From positions 745,794 through 809,793 of the forward strand of contig NW_003314311.1 in the NCBI RefSeq assembly GCF_000143415.4: a DNA stretch of 64,000 nucleotides, written 5' to 3'. This DNA comes from Selaginella moellendorffii. Its lineage: Eukaryota; Plantae; Lycopodiophyta. The translations under genes and the position numbers were made by a program. The notes under the pieces were generated by a model that saw only the letters and a program-made list of their open reading frames with translations, was not told the DNA's origin and ran no database searches. Positions 23,717 through 38,114 of this stretch are shown piece by piece; position 1 is the stretch's first letter, and every line of letters begins with the position of its first letter.

Positions 23717-25728
23717 CAATGCAACCTAAGCATGAAATCCAGAACTAAGAAAGAAAATTGTGAAAGAAAAGTGAAAGAAAAGAAGTAAATGAAAAAGAAG
23801 GGAAAAGGAACACTTCATTGGATAAAGCATTTAAAGTGAGAGTGATTGTGAGTGTGTGGGAGTTCATATCTATCAGCATCTACTAACAACATATATGCTC
23901 CACCTCCAATATGTCACTGCATGAAATAAGGGCTGGAACTTTGAAAGTGGTGTGAACTCCTTGAGTAAGACAAAATTGCCATCCTCAAATGGTTCAATTG
24001 ACTGCCGGTGATCAATGACTAATATGATCTTTTGCTTGCCTCAAAGGAGATGTTCAATTATGACTTTTTGTTGTTCCTCCAAGGCAAGAACTTCCAAGTC
24101 ACGTGCATGAAGTTTGTCCTCATTGCTAAGTTGCATCTTTGTCGCATATCAAAGCAAAAGTGAAAGTGATGGCACTTGGATCTCCACTAGAAGCATAGCC
24201 TCTATCCCATAGACAAGAGAGAATGGAGTTGTAAAGATAGTTGTCTTGAAAGACATCCAAAAGGCCCACAATACTGTAACCAAGTGCTCATACCAATGCC
24301 TTGGGTGATCCTCCACAAACTTTGAGATGATGGTCTTCAAAAACTTGTTGCTGAACTCTGCCTAGCCATTGCACTTAGGATAGTAACTGCTGCTTTCACA
24401 TGCTTGACTTACAGTTGCTAGAGAAGATGCTCCATCACTTGTCCAAGGAAGCTATTGCCACAATTAGAAATCAAAACTATATCAAATGATGTACTCATAG
24501 ATAAACTTTGTTGTAGATTGTTGATTTGCCTATTGTAGAAGGATGGCCTCAACCCATTTTGTAAAATAGTCCATTACCACAATAATATATCATTATCCTT
24601 TTGAGCTTAGTGGATTGATCAAGCCAACATAGTCAAGTCCCCCTAGAAAAAGGGACCAGAAGAAGTGATGAACTGAAAAGAAGGTGTGGAATGTGGCTTT
24701 AGAGCACTGCTCACATGCCTTTGCATACTCTAAGTTGTCTTTGTAAACCTGAGGCCAAAAGGAGCCATAGTGCAAAAGGAGCTATGTTGTGACATATCCT
24801 GAGAAATGCCTTGCACAACAGTGGAAAGCAAGAAGAAGCTCAAGGATCTTATGTTCACCCACACACCACAACAAGACATCTTGTGTGTCCATTTAAAAGG
24901 CAAAATCCCCATGCTTGGATATCCAATACCTTTTGTTGAGTTAGTGAGGAATCTATTGAAAACTCGTTTGAATCCAAATAGACTGCAATATCTTGTAAAG
25001 CTGCTGGGACCATAAAGGAGGTAGCCTTAGCAACCAAGAACTTGCTTGGATCTATCACACACTTTTTCTGTATGTGAAAAGTTGGCTAGAACTTTTGGAT
25101 GGTCACAGTCCAAGATAAGTATAAGGACTATGAACTAATTGCTTTAAAAGAAAGCTTAGCACATTAAAATAGACATGAAAATGGATATCAGCTCCATCAA
25201 GAAAGTGACAAAATTGCTCCAAGGTGTAAACAACAACCATTACTTCTTTTTCTACATCCACATACTTCTTCTTAATCTCCTTGAATAAATGTGAGGTATA
25301 GTATGTTGCATGTGGTGGCTTGCCAAGCTCTAAATGTTGGCAAAGGCATAGTCTAAAAGCCTCTACTCTAGTCATGATATAAATCTTGAAAGGAAGTGTT
25401 CACTTCGGTGGCTGGAGAACTAGGGTCGTGCGTAGTGATTGCTTTAACAAATCAAAGGTTGTTGCTAGCTCTCACCCTATATAAATAGAATATTATGTTA
25501 TAGTAGAGTTGTTAGAGGCCATGAACGTGACATAATTGTGGAGGAAATAGCAAAAGAAACCTATTTGCCTGAGAAAGCCATAAAGTTGCTTCAAATTAGT
25601 TGGCAAGTATAAACAACCAAAAGGAATAATTTAAAAGATGATCCATAAAGGTTTAAATATAGAAAGAAAAGGCCTATGAATACTCTTTCCAATCGGTTAA
25701 GGGTTTTAAAATACTTAGGGTTAAGCAT

Positions 25729-28700
25729 TGTTAGGGCGTGGCCACCGGGAGAGTGAGAGAGAGAGAGGGAATATTCTGAGGATCAAAATATTCCCCATCT
25801 TCCTTGTATAAAACCCTTGCCTCACAAGGGCAAGGGGGGGGGGGGCATTTTGTGGAGAGTAGTGAAGCATTTCTCGTGTTTGAGCAAGCGTTGGGGGAAG
25901 TGCCCCTCCTTCCCCCAACAAATGGTGAACCTGGCGTGACGTGCAACACTTTCTGAAGCGTCGTTTCTCTCTTTTCTTTTGGCCGCAGAGTTTGGGAAGG
26001 AATTCCTTGTTCGTCTTGCGGTGGTTTTCTTTGATTTTGAGCGTGTTATATAGGTCTAGAGCTCCTCTTTCCAGCAAGGTATGGCGCTCATCAAGCCGTG
26101 CAGTATTTGAAGAGATACAACGTTTCTTGGGTCGCTCGGATGAGCATTTTGGGGTTTTCACTTTCTCGCCTAAATCGTTAGCTGAATTTCTCAAGGTAGT
26201 GCATTTGGGTTTGTAGATCTGGCCTAGATCTATGAGTAGTGGTAGTGCTTGGCACTAGATTTAGGTGAATTGATGGCATGCAAAAGGATTTTCTCCTCCA
26301 GCTAAATTGGGTCATCTTTGGAGCAGGAATTCGTGCTCCTCCGAGCTTTGTTTTGGATGCCGTTTGTTTCTAGAGGTGCTCCTGATCTTAGGCTTTCCAG
26401 AAATACTAAAGGCGCCTCAATATCAATCTACATCACGGACATGCATATGTTTTTCCACAATGTTGGCATTCTGGGCTACCTCTTCATGGATTTCAAGGAA
26501 TATTGAGGTGGCTTCTTCCCAAATTCCTACGATAGAGGGTAGACGGGGCTGAGCTCTTTCCAACGAGCCCACCAACAGTCAAAATGGGGAAGGATTGAGA
26601 CTAGAGGACTCATTTTTCTCTTTTGGGCTAAACTTTGTTGGGAGTTCCTTGGGAACAAAGCAATCTTCAAGGAATAGGTAGCCGTAGGAACAGGAATAGG
26701 AGGAGCAAGAACAAGAGTTGGCATAGGAACAGGTGCAAGAGTAGGAGCGAGAGCAGGGGTTACCAGTTATAGGTCCCTGGTTACGGGTTACCGGTTACCG
26801 GTTACCAGTTACTCCAGCGGCTACTCTGGCAGTTACCCTACAAGTCAACGGCTTAAGGCCTATATCTCCTTCCATTTTGACCCTTATTTCTTTTTGTCAC
26901 AAGCATTTTGGGCAACTTTGAGCAGCTTGGGCACTAGCCTGCAGTCATCTTGCTTCTACCAACCCAGTTGCCTTGACTAGGCATTTGCAGTGTTCAGGGT
27001 ATTTGATGCCAATACAAATTAAACGTACGACAAATTGGCGCCCTTTTACCATACCTCAAGGCCCTAAGCTATGGCGCAGCCACCTTTAGCTCGACTCCAG
27101 TTCCATGTTCTGCAGAAGGGGAGTGATTTGCCAACCTTCTCTGGTGTTGGAACAGTCATTGATCACCAGCGGTCTGCCGAAACATTCGAGGATGGCAATC
27201 TCGTTCTACTCAAGGAGTTTACGCCACCTTCAAAGTTCTCCCCTTGCTGGACCGGCCCCTACTTTGTCCAACAACACATCGGAGGTGGAGCATATGTGCT
27301 AGTTGATGCTGATAGGTGTGAGCTCCCACACGCTCACAACCACTCTCATCTCAAATGCTTCATCCGGTGAGGCGTTCCTCTTCTTTTTCTTTTTCTTTTT
27401 CTTTTTCTTCCTTTCTTTCACTTTACTTTCGTGGCTACTTTTCTTACTTTCAGAGGGTGTTTCTCCATTGGACTGTGGCCCATGCCTTGGATTTCGTGCT
27501 CAGGCTGCATTGTCATTTGTATGGAGGTTCCTCGCTTGGCTCGGTCTATGTTCCAGGTTCTTTGGCCCTTCCTTTATCATTACTATACCGTGCACATTTC
27601 CCACACTCATTCCATATATCTACACTCACAATTCCATCACCAATCACTTCCAACAGCGTTGCCCGCACTTATCTCTAGATGTCCGTCTTGCATCTTTCAT
27701 TCTTTCACCATCATTCACACTTCTGTTTGAGGTCACATTTACACCATACCACAGACGCACATACATGCACCAGCAGCAAAAGACACCACCTCATTTGGAC
27801 GTGCCATGTCCAAGATGTCCTTACGACCATTTGCCGACAACGCACTAGCTTTTCTGGAGTGACTTTCTCCCAACCAGGTGAACCTGTTCACTCAAGGCAC
27901 CTAGGTGGATCTTTAGGCAAGGCCATAGAAGCCGAAGCCACTTTCTTCTGCTCCAGCACTCAGTAGACATATGCCACCTCTCTTTACCGGCAACCCAGTG
28001 ACTATGCCGTCCTTTTCAGCTGTTGACTTCTTCAGTCCAACACATCAGATTGGCCACCTTCTCAGAGTGCCACCACCATCTCGGCGCTCCACCATATCGG
28101 TGCTGGAGCAAGCGCAGGAGTAGGAGCGAGAGCAAGTGGTTACCAGTTACAGGTTACAGGTCCCTGGTTACTAGTTACTAGTTACTGGTTCCCGGTTACC
28201 GGCTACTTTGAGTGGTCAATGCTTACTCTATAGGCCAACGGTTACCAAGGGCCATCTTTTCAAAGTGCCACCACCATCTCGGTGCTCCACTATATCACTC
28301 TATCTTTCATCATTTCCACACTTACCACCCTTGGGCAACGCATCCCCTCTTCTACCTCTCTTTCTTTCTTGATTTCGGCCAATCCTTAGAGCATACTGGA
28401 AGTCATCAAGAGGCTGCATTTGCATGTTACACTTTTCTGAGCCGAAATCTAGGTACGGGTTAAGTTCTTTGGGTACTCACACTCTTTTTCCTCTATTTTC
28501 TTCTTTTTTTCACACTTTTTCTATACTTTTCTTCACCTTCAGGATCTAGTTTGACTACAGGGTTTCCCACCAGGTTTTCCTCCTTGTCTCCAAACTTCAC
28601 ACCTACCTTTTTTCTTTCTTTTCCACTCTGTTTTCTAGAGTTTCTACTATTTCACACAGCTACCAGCACTTGGCATCAGTAGCAGAGGTACACTCTACAC

Positions 28701-28939
28701 TCTTCGGAGGGTTCTTGCGCGTCTGGAGCCAGCGCAATCCACCCTGGTCGCATGTTAGGGCGTGGCCACTGGGAGAGTGAGAGAAAGAGAGGGAATATTT
28801 TGAGGACCAAAATATTCCCTATCTTCCTTGTATAAAACCCTTGCCTCACAAGGGCAAGAGGGGGCATTTTGTGGAGAGTAGTGAAGCATTTCTCGTGTTT
28901 GAGCGAGCGTTGGGGGAAGCGCCCCTCCTTCCCCCAATA
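25729..28939 (+). mobile_element. Non-autonomous LTR retroelement (~3.2 kb): LTRs 25729-25920 and 28753-28939, Trp-type PBS, antisense ORF relic, integrase C-terminal remnant
   Basis: Near-identical ~190-bp LTRs; TSD (A)GCAT; PBS TGGTGAACCTGGCGTGA. ORF 27071..27370 reads EDGNLVLLKE..KFSPCWTGPY..GGAYVL. (GGTTACC)n tracts at ~26757-26840 and ~28138-28250. Inserted into a 194-bp-family LTR fragment (25610-25728). Confidence 0.85.
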
Positions 28940-28949
28940 GCATCCTTCC

Positions 28950-29529
28950 CTTTTATGTTTTTTTCTTTCTCGATTTTAGCCAATCATTGGAATATACCCT
29001 AAGTCATCACAAGATTGTATTTACATATTACACTTTCCTGAGCCGAAATCTAAGTAAGGGTTAAATTCTTTGGGTACTCACTCTTTTTCTTCTAACTTTC
29101 CATGTTTTCTTCATCTTTTCTTTCATATTAGGGTCCAATTTGACTACAAAAATCCCATTGAGATTTCCTCCCTATCTTCAAACTTCATATTTACCTCTTT
29201 TCTTTCTTTTTTCACTTGTTTTCTAGAGTTTCTACTAGTTCACATAATTATTAATCCTTGGCATCACCACTAAAGGTACACTTTATACTCTTTAGAGGTT
29301 TTTATATGTCTAGAGCCAATGCAATCCATTGTGATCATATGTTACAGCATGGCCACTTAAAGAGTATGAGAGTGAGAGAGAGAATATTTTGATTTTTGGA
29401 ATATTCCTCATCCTTCGTATAAAACCCTTGCCCCACAAGGGCAATGGGGGCAGGAGGGCATTTGTGGAGAGTGTTAGAGCATTTTTTTGTTGAGCAAGTG
29501 TTAGGGGAGCACCTCTCATTCCCCTAACA
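28950..29529 (+). mobile_element. 3' internal region + 3' LTR (29340-29529) of an older member of the Trp-primed family
   Basis: Homologous to 28340-28939; LTR TG..CA. Confidence 0.75.
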
Positions 29530-29619
29530 TGTATGAATACAAGAGAACATGAGTGTGCTTAGTTATCATCATCCTAGGTTCAAATGAAGGGACGTTCCCT
29601 ACTATGATGTATTTTGACT

Positions 29620-30495
29620 ATACTTAACTTTTCATTTTGCACATGAATACTTTTGATATTGGTTTCATTAGGTTCGAAGCCTTTGAAGCATCCACATGCA
29701 AGATTAAAGGTCTAATGTAGTCAAGATATACCAAAATTAAAGGAATTATCAACACCTTTTTGAGATCCACAAATGCCCACTTACAATCCTCAAATTAAAG
29801 CTATCAAATGTGTGTTTGGATCCAAAGACATAACTTATCTTAGATATTACATTTTTTGCAAATATTTACAAGTTGATTCTAACAAACTTGTGAAGTTCCC
29901 TACTTTGAAGTGTGTGAATGATGTGTAACACTTCTTTTAATATTTTGGTCATTTTTTTTATCATGTTTCTGATTATACTACATTATTATAAGCACTATTG
30001 AAGTCATTCACATTATCTTTCATTTGGTTTAAAGATTGCAAATGGGCATTTGCAAATATCAAAAAAGTGTTGAAAACTCTTTTAGTTTTAATGTATCTTA
30101 ACCTTTCATCTTGCACGTGGATGATTCAAGGAATTTAAGCTTAATGAGACCAATATTAGAAGAACCTGCATAGGTCAAGTGTAATCAAGGTACATTAAAA
30201 CTAAAGGAGTTATCAACACCATTTTGAGATACATAAATGTTCACTTGCAATTCTTAGACCAGATAAAAGATGATGTGGACAACTTCAAGAAAGCTCACAA
30301 TAATGTAGTATGATCAAAAATATAATTGACATATATGACCAAGATATTGAAGGAAACACTACCTATCATTCACACACTTCAGGGTAAAAACTTCATAACT
30401 TTTTTAGAGTTAACTTGCAAACCTTTACAAGAAATGTAGTATGTAAGATAAATTGTGTCTTTGGACTCAAACACACACTTCAATAGCTTCAGCTT
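29620..30495. repeat. Fold-back (inverted duplication) of a decayed Ty3 RT fragment, arms ~29795-30103 and ~30187-30495
   Basis: Arms are diverged reverse complements (tgtgtgtttggatccaaagacata / tgtgtctttggactcaaacacaca). Left arm reads KCVFGSKDITYL. Confidence 0.7.
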
Positions 30496-32404
30496 CAAAC
30501 AAATTTTCTATAGTTGATCCAACACCTTGCTAACATAATGGATATATTCCTCCTATGTCCCCTTTGAGTGGATCAAGATATTATCACTGAAATTGATAAT
30601 TACCTCTTATATATCACAAAAAATCATGTTCATCATCTATTAAAAAGTTGTTAGAGCATTATTTAAACCAAATAATATCATGAAAAACTCATACAAACTA
30701 AATGATATATAGAAAGCAATCTTGGGAACATTCTCCTAAGCCATTGGCATTTATTAGTACTTAAAAGTAAGATTTAATTTAGTGACTAGTAACTTCACTC
30801 TATACAATATAAAAAATTGATAGTGTGAGGAAGAGGGTACATATTTAAGGTTGTTATATCATTTAATAGATAATAGTTAATGCAAAATCAATTATTTTTA
30901 TTAGGATTTGTCATAAGATGATGTTTACACATCTAAGGACTCTAAGACTTGTGAATAGCACCTTTCTCTCACATTTCCCAAACATTTGTTTGTAAAATTT
31001 TAATCTCCTTTGGTAACTAATGTTGAACACAAATTTTAATTAGATGAGCATCCCTAGTTGGAATATGATGATGCATTGCAATCTTAAACTTAGACAATAG
31101 GTCAATATTGAAGAAATTAGCATACTCATGTTTAAGTTGATCAATTGCCATAGCATAAAGACTATCTTAGAAATCTAAAGAGGGAATAAAAGAACAAAAA
31201 TGAAACACAATAAAAAATAATGGGAAAATAAAAGTAATGGAAGTAGAAGGGACAAAATGAAATAGAAATGAGAGGAATAAAAGAGATATAAAAGAGCATG
31301 AGACAAAGGGGAAAAACCTTAAAGTCATACTTAGCATGATTGCACTGCAATAAATTTATACTAAAGATGAGGTCAAAAGCTTAATTTAGCATCACTCATA
31401 ACAACTGGAGCTCAAGCTTAAGACCACCCACATACCTTATTTTGCACACACACATGTGTATGGCTATTGCAATAGAGAATGAAGACTAACTCTGCTACAT
31501 GGCATAAATGTAAACGGCAATATATAACAATAAGTTGAGCAATAGAAGATGAATTTAAATCCATATCAACTAACACAAAGAGGGTAATATGAGACTTTAA
31601 GTTATCAAACCGAGTTTGAATAATGAACACTAAATGAATTGATACAAAATAAACCCCTTGATGGTTTCTTGAAAGAATAATGAAAGAGTCACTAACTTAT
31701 TTATATAAAGTCCTTCCATTACTTGTGTGACTTTTTTTTTCTTGGAAGCAATTAAACTTACCCAAGCTAGATGTAGAACAAGGACACACACACATCTAGT
31801 AGGGAACCAAACAATATCTCAAGTATAGCCATACATTCAGCCTACCTATTATCATTATTATATATTTGGAAACCTCTATTTGGAAACTCCTATAACATTG
31901 ATTGCTCACAACAAAATCTTACAATGCTTTGCACATTCTTGTACATGCTAACCTCCATAGGTCATGAATTGAATCGAATCACTAAAAATAAAGGAGATAA
32001 TATGGCTACATATGTGGTGTGGCATGTGCCATGCAAATATTATAATGCCTTCAATCATGAAACGCAATCGAAACGTGATTGTGTGTATAATAATTTCGTG
32101 TGTAATTGAGAAAAAAATAAAAAAACTGCATATGTGTCAGAATTTAAGGGATTAGCTATAAGGAAAAACTAAAAATGAATAGAATAAACAAGAAAGAACA
32201 AACAAGTAAAAATAATATTTAACATCTCCACCAATGTCACATTTTTTCATTTATAATACTGGATGATTTACTTGTAAATTAAAGTGTTAATATTAGATAG
32301 TATCTCATATACAATATAGACTATTTGATTTTATTGAATAGTCCATCTAAGGGTTTAAATCTAATTCTGATATTTTATATCATAAATACTAATCATTCTC
32401 ATAA

Positions 32405-33307
32405 ATGAAATATAAATTTTTTATTTTAGTTACTTTTTCATATTTTACTATAGCTTATTCTCAAAATATGTTTCATTATGAGGACTATGGAGATAGTGGA
32501 GCAATTCCAGAGCAAATAAGTATGAATAATTTAGCTTCAATATTTTTATTTTTTTTAAGACGCTCATTGCCTTCTGGTGGAAATACACAAGTGGGTTCTT
32601 TATTTTATACATCTTACATGACTCCAGAAGTACACATAAATATGTTATTTGTTGTGCTGTCTGCTAGTATAAATTGTCCAATAAATAATGGTATACATGA
32701 AATTAGTAATGATGCTACTGGGGTTTTATTATCAAGATTTAGTGAAGAAGTCTATTCATCTTTTCAAAGTGCCAGAGCATCACATTTTATAAGTATTATT
32801 GGTCAGCATGATATTGGCATTTTTTTAGTTCTATATCAAATACATGGCTATATTTCTAGAAGAATACCCCTTGATAATATTCATGCACATTCAATTCCAT
32901 ATAAAATTTGTAACTTCTTAAAAAATAAATTATTTAGTGGATATAAAGGTTTTCATATAGCAACACTTAATCCAGGTGAATTTTTAACACATTTTTATAA
33001 AGTATATATATTTTTAGTACAACATGATTGTAATACTGTTTTTTATTATGGAAATACAGTTTTATAGGATGCTAAAACTTATGGAGTTAGTTTTGATTGT
33101 AAATTAAGATTACAAGAAGATGGAAATCTTGTACTTTATTCAGCATTTGATTTACAATCACTATATGCAACTGGAACTTATTGTAGGAAATCTAATTGTG
33201 TAAAACCATCAATACTTATTCTACAATTAAATTGCAATCTAGTTTTATATAAAGATGGAAAACCTTCTATACAAATGTGGTCAACTAAAACAGTTTGTTA
33301 TAATTAA
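32405..33307 (+). pseudogene. Secreted chimeric protein with a C-terminal bulb-type (GNA/B-) lectin domain; single in-frame TAG at 33065-33067
   Basis: Signal-peptide-like MKYKFFILVTFSYFTIAYS. Three QxDxNxVxY-type repeats: QHDCNTVFY, QEDGNLVLY and QLNCNLVLY. The TAG replaces the conserved W of 'VLW'. The frame continues 79 codons to TAA 33305-33307. Confidence 0.8.
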
Positions 33308-36300
33308 TAATTTTAAATGTAATTTAAAGGATGTATTTTACTTTTAAAGATTTTTTTGCTAAAACTTGAATTTTTTTTAGCTTATTCCTAGATCTAGCTT
33401 ATATTAATTTTTCTGTGTCACATACACACACATATAACTATAGAATTAATTAGAGTGCCTCCCCAACACCACCAACAGCAAAACATAACCCTTTAGACCA
33501 AGGTTTTGAGATCACAATTTTAAACCAAACCAAAATCTAATGAATTACTTAAAATTATGGCTTGATGTCACATGAAAAAGTGCTGTACCACATGATATTG
33601 CATCCTTCATGTGGTGATACATCATTCAGCCACAAAAACATGTATATAATATGTCTTTGTTACTTACATGTATGGGATAGTTTCAATGTCACTCACACAT
33701 GCTAATCATATCAATATGTTTGATAATTAGGGTCACTATTTAGGTAAGAACACTAATGAAGGTGCTATGTTGGAGACTAGAGGCAGGGGTATCTAGTATC
33801 AAGGGCAATATTAAGGTGATCTACACTTGAAATATCTAGAAGGTCCTATTTTCATTTTATGACAAGATTGATAAGGAGGTTTTGACATATAATATACATA
33901 GTCAGGTATAAGAAACATGAGTCATTTCTTAATGTCAAATTTGAATACTTTTGCTATAGATAATCATATCCTATTACTAGAAGTGCAAGATAGACAACCT
34001 ATCCTATATGATTCAGACTGTTCTTTAATATCTGAAAGTGGTAAAGATGAACACTATATGAGGTATCTAATTTGTTGTTAGAAGTGAATTTTTAAGCATC
34101 CCATTGTAGATTCCAACATTTCCTAGATTCCAGAGGTTTTAGCAATGTATTTTTATTTATTTATTTATTTTTGTGGATGCTCATGAAAATTTATGAGTTC
34201 TGACATATATACTAGTGTGGCCAGTTGTGTATCTTGAGTTAGATATACATATTGTCGGTTGAGCTCTTTCACATATTTATCCTAAGAGGATTTTTCTTCC
34301 ATTAGCCCTTTTGATTGTATCAATTGATCATCTAAAAGGAGATGTAGCTTGTCTTTTATTGATGCTGCACCCTTTTCTTTGTCTTTCTTTTGCAAGGTGT
34401 GCTTAGAACTTTCGCTGCCTTTTTTATGAGACAATGGATTACTTATCTATAGACTTCAAAGCCAACATTATATAGAATATGAGGTTTATTGATCCAAATT
34501 AGGCATATACTACCATAGGCATTTCATTATGTCCTCACTAATATTGCCATGAACCACAAAAGTATAATCTAGAACTAAAGCTGTCAACTAATAGAATATT
34601 GTTTTAGCCAATGTCAAATTTATGAAGCTCTAGTTGTTACAAGGCTTGTGTCCAGAATTTAAAGTTGGATATATACCATGAAATGCCTTATGCATTGTGC
34701 CACATGAATTATGAGTACTTGATTTAGTTTTTAAACTTCTTATGTCACCAACTCATATCTTGCTCTCATAGCATATCATATAGATTTTACATCCATGCCA
34801 TGACTACACACTATATTCTCTCTTGTGAGTAGTTGACTACAAAGTAGTCATATACAATTTTCAACACTTACATATGTGCATGCCATTTGCAAACTGGGTT
34901 GAGTTAAATGGATTAGGAGTGATCATGCATAACAAATGTACAAATTGATATGAATGGAACATATGTTGTAGAGCATCTTGGAGCATAGAGATTCTCTAAA
35001 TATTCCCTCTAAGGAATATTCTGAGCATGGGAAAGGATATTCTAAATGGGGGGTATATACCTTTCTTCCAATTGACAATGTATTGAGTTTTCAAGTTTTT
35101 TGCCATGTTTTGAGTGCATTTGTAAGCAAAAGGTGTGCTAGCTACACACCAAAATGGCAACCACAATGGGATGGGTCGATTTCTAGCTAGCCTATCCCAT
35201 TTCCATGTGTTTTCTTCCTTGTTCTTGAGAGTTGTGAGGAATTTGAGCATGATTCTCATTCTTAGTGGTAGAATTTGGGGTGCCTTGGGAGTCAAATGAG
35301 TTTAAGCATAAGATTCACTACCATTCTCACAAATTCCTTTTTTTTATAGTTTTCTTTGGGTTTTAGGACTCATGACTCTCTCACTCTAGTTTTAGGTGTT
35401 TTGGCAAATTGAGTAGATGGGCTTATAGATCTCATCCTTTTTTATCCTTTGGCATCACAATCTGCAAACTTGGTGTAGGAATCATGATATGCAAGGAGAT
35501 TTGAGATGCATGCAGACAAGTATCTTTGACAATGGTATACCTTCCCTACAAGCCATCATTTTCTTAGATCTTTCTGGTGCCTGGTAGATCAGCTCCTATG
35601 GTTTCTAATGGGCTCTTTCTTTCTTGATTTAGTTCATTCTCTTAGAAGTTCATTTTTTGACTATCAAGGGTTCAAGAAGTTCTTTCTATTTGTTTCACGG
35701 TTTCTAAGAGTAGTTTCTCAGATCTTGTTCTTCATTTCTAGAAGGAACTTGAGGAGAGCTTTCTTTTGAATCTTGTCTCATGAATTTTGGCCTTGTGTAT
35801 CAAAAGATCTAGCATTAATTCTCTTCTTGCACTATCTATGAGGAGTTTGGAGCTTTCTTGCCTCTTTGCTACTTGGATTTTCTAATATTTGTTTCGTCCA
35901 AGAGCTAGGGTAGTTTAGGGAGTCCTATCTTGCCTATTTTTGCCGTGTTTAGCTTGAGTTTTCCAATTTTCACACTTGCTATTGTTTGTTTCAAGAGTTT
36001 GGGGAAGTTTTCTTGGTGTATAGCTCTTGTTTATTTCAAGAGCTGGGTAATTTCTCCATTGGTTACTAGAGCTTGGGATATATTCTAGACATGTTATTCA
36101 AGGCAGAGGTATGTTGTAACTAAAGATTTTTTCTTGGTTTATGACACAAGTCTGCATTTGCCACTGCTGGGCATCTACAGTTAATGCCCGTGTGAACAAG
36201 GAGTAACTCTATAGAGTATATGACACAACTATTCCCTTATTCCAAGCTTAAGGATGAATCTCTCAATTGCAACATAAGCTAGATTTATATGAATGCATCT

Positions 36301-37920
36301 CAGACAACAAGTTTTCTTCATCAGTCACAAATTTCGAGAGTGGGCATTTAAATCTTGAGGTGGAGTAGCCAATAATCCATTTTGTCCAACATGCTATGGA
36401 TCTAGCTATGTGTGATCCTACTTTAGGGTTTCTCCTATAGGACCATATTGACAATTTTGCCTAATATTGCAGCTCTAATCATATCTTCACCAAGGTGGCA
36501 TGATTCTTGGAGCTTGTGAGATCGTTAGTAGGGAAAATGAACTTAGGTGAGAGCTTTGGTAGAGGATGAGTGTGAGGACTTCCCTATGTTGCTCTTTTCT
36601 TTTCATAAGGCTTTTGAGATCGAGAAGAGCCTGCAGTAGCTGCTTTGCGAGCTTTTCCTCTTCCAGCAAAGCAGCAACAAATCTGTGCTTGATTACACAA
36701 TGTGATTCAAGCAATACTAGAAGAGCAAAAAGTGGCCAAGTGACACCATTCCAAGTGTAGTGATGCATATGACTATGCCATAGAGATTGAGAAGGATTTG
36801 ACGTGAGAGCTAGGTGTTTCTAGTGTGGCAGAGATGCTTGGGACATCTCTTACTACAGCAGTGTACACCATCTCCAGAACACAGCTACCCGGCCCTACTT
36901 CAATGCCATGACTAGGACTCACGATGACGGTCATTGTTGGAAGCTACACTCAGAGTAGTGTCCCAGGAAGCAACAGCAAGCTATGATACAGCCCCTTATG
37001 GGCAACTCAAGCCTCTAGACAGATGGTTACTAGGCAGCACTTCAACAAAAAGCCCTTGAGGCTCCCTTGATATCACAAGATCGTGGGAAGGCAATCGCAA
37101 GGGTTAGCATGGTGAGTCAACACCAATTCTCCCAACCTTGCCTCCCACAACTTTGGATGCAAAGGACCAGGATCTCCAACCAAGCTTTGGCAGAGGATAA
37201 TATTATGGATCTTTCCCCTTTATTTAGAGAAGTTTCCATTCCTTGTGTTTTTGATGGAGCTTGGTGCTTGCAATATTGACAAGGTGGTGTTGGTGTATAG
37301 ATTATCAATGATCAGGAGAAGTAGGTTGCTAAGCTCTCTAAGCTTCATCTGCAAATGAGGTTGAGTACTTTGCTGGGATTAATGTCATGCAACTCACAAA
37401 GGAACTCAAGCTCTACCATGTCCAGTTCACAGAAGATTCACAGCTAGTGATTCGCCAACTCAATGGCAAATAACAAGTTTGGCAATGGCACCTCCAAGAC
37501 TTGTGTAGTAGGTAGTGTCCATGCAGCAACATTTTGATGATGCCACCTTCATTAGCATTCCCCATGAGGAGAATTTTTGGGCTGAGCACTCTCAATGAGG
37601 GAGATGCAACATAGCTTATCACTTTGCTCCAGAGCTTCAAGAATGTGTTTAGATGGGATTACAACCAGCTCCCAAGTGTTCTTATGGACACTCTCATCCA
37701 CAAGATTAAACTCTTTGGCAATGCAAGGCCTGTTTATCAATATATGCAGCAATATAACTCAACTCTTCATCTTGTGATCAAGGAGGAGATTCAAAAGCTC
37801 TGGTAGAGAGGTTATTGTTCCTGTGGCTCATTTAGGCTGGGTATCTGACATTGTGCTAGTTCAGAAAGCTAATGGTAAGCTCAAACGATGCATGGGCTTT
37901 AGGGGATTAAACGATATTAT

Positions 37921-38114
37921 TGTAAGCAACCAAAGGGAACAATTTAAGGGACGGTCCATGGGGTTCAAATATAGAGGGAAAGGGCCCATGAACAAGAGTG
38001 CACCCCCTTTTCCAATTGATTAAGGGTCTTGGGATATTTGGGGTTAAACGTCCTTGGGTTTGAATAGTACTGGGCTGGGTGACCTCCCGGGAAGTCCAAA
38101 CTCAGGAGCTTACA
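37921..38114 (+). mobile_element. Solo LTR, 194 bp
   Basis: TGTAAG..CTTACA; TSD ATTAT on both sides. Confidence 0.92.

Larger units (their letters stand above)
21050..25610 (-). mobile_element. Decayed Ty3/gypsy element (RT end-RNase H-integrase-3' region), inverted, with nested insertions
   Basis: GLDYVGLINP, MDYFTKWVEA, HPRHWYEHLVTVLWAF..TPFSLVYGIEAMLLVEIQVPS and EKEVMVVVYTLEQF. 3' region matches 27160-28330 in reverse. Confidence 0.8.

Noticed and set aside
15364-29529. Pairing LTRs 15364 and 29340 as one nested full-length element
   Set aside because: Same subfamily, but the flanks (GTGGG vs TGTAT) give no TSD; unproven.
33740-34900. Possible decayed DNA-transposase fragment
   Set aside because: No motif could be read with confidence.
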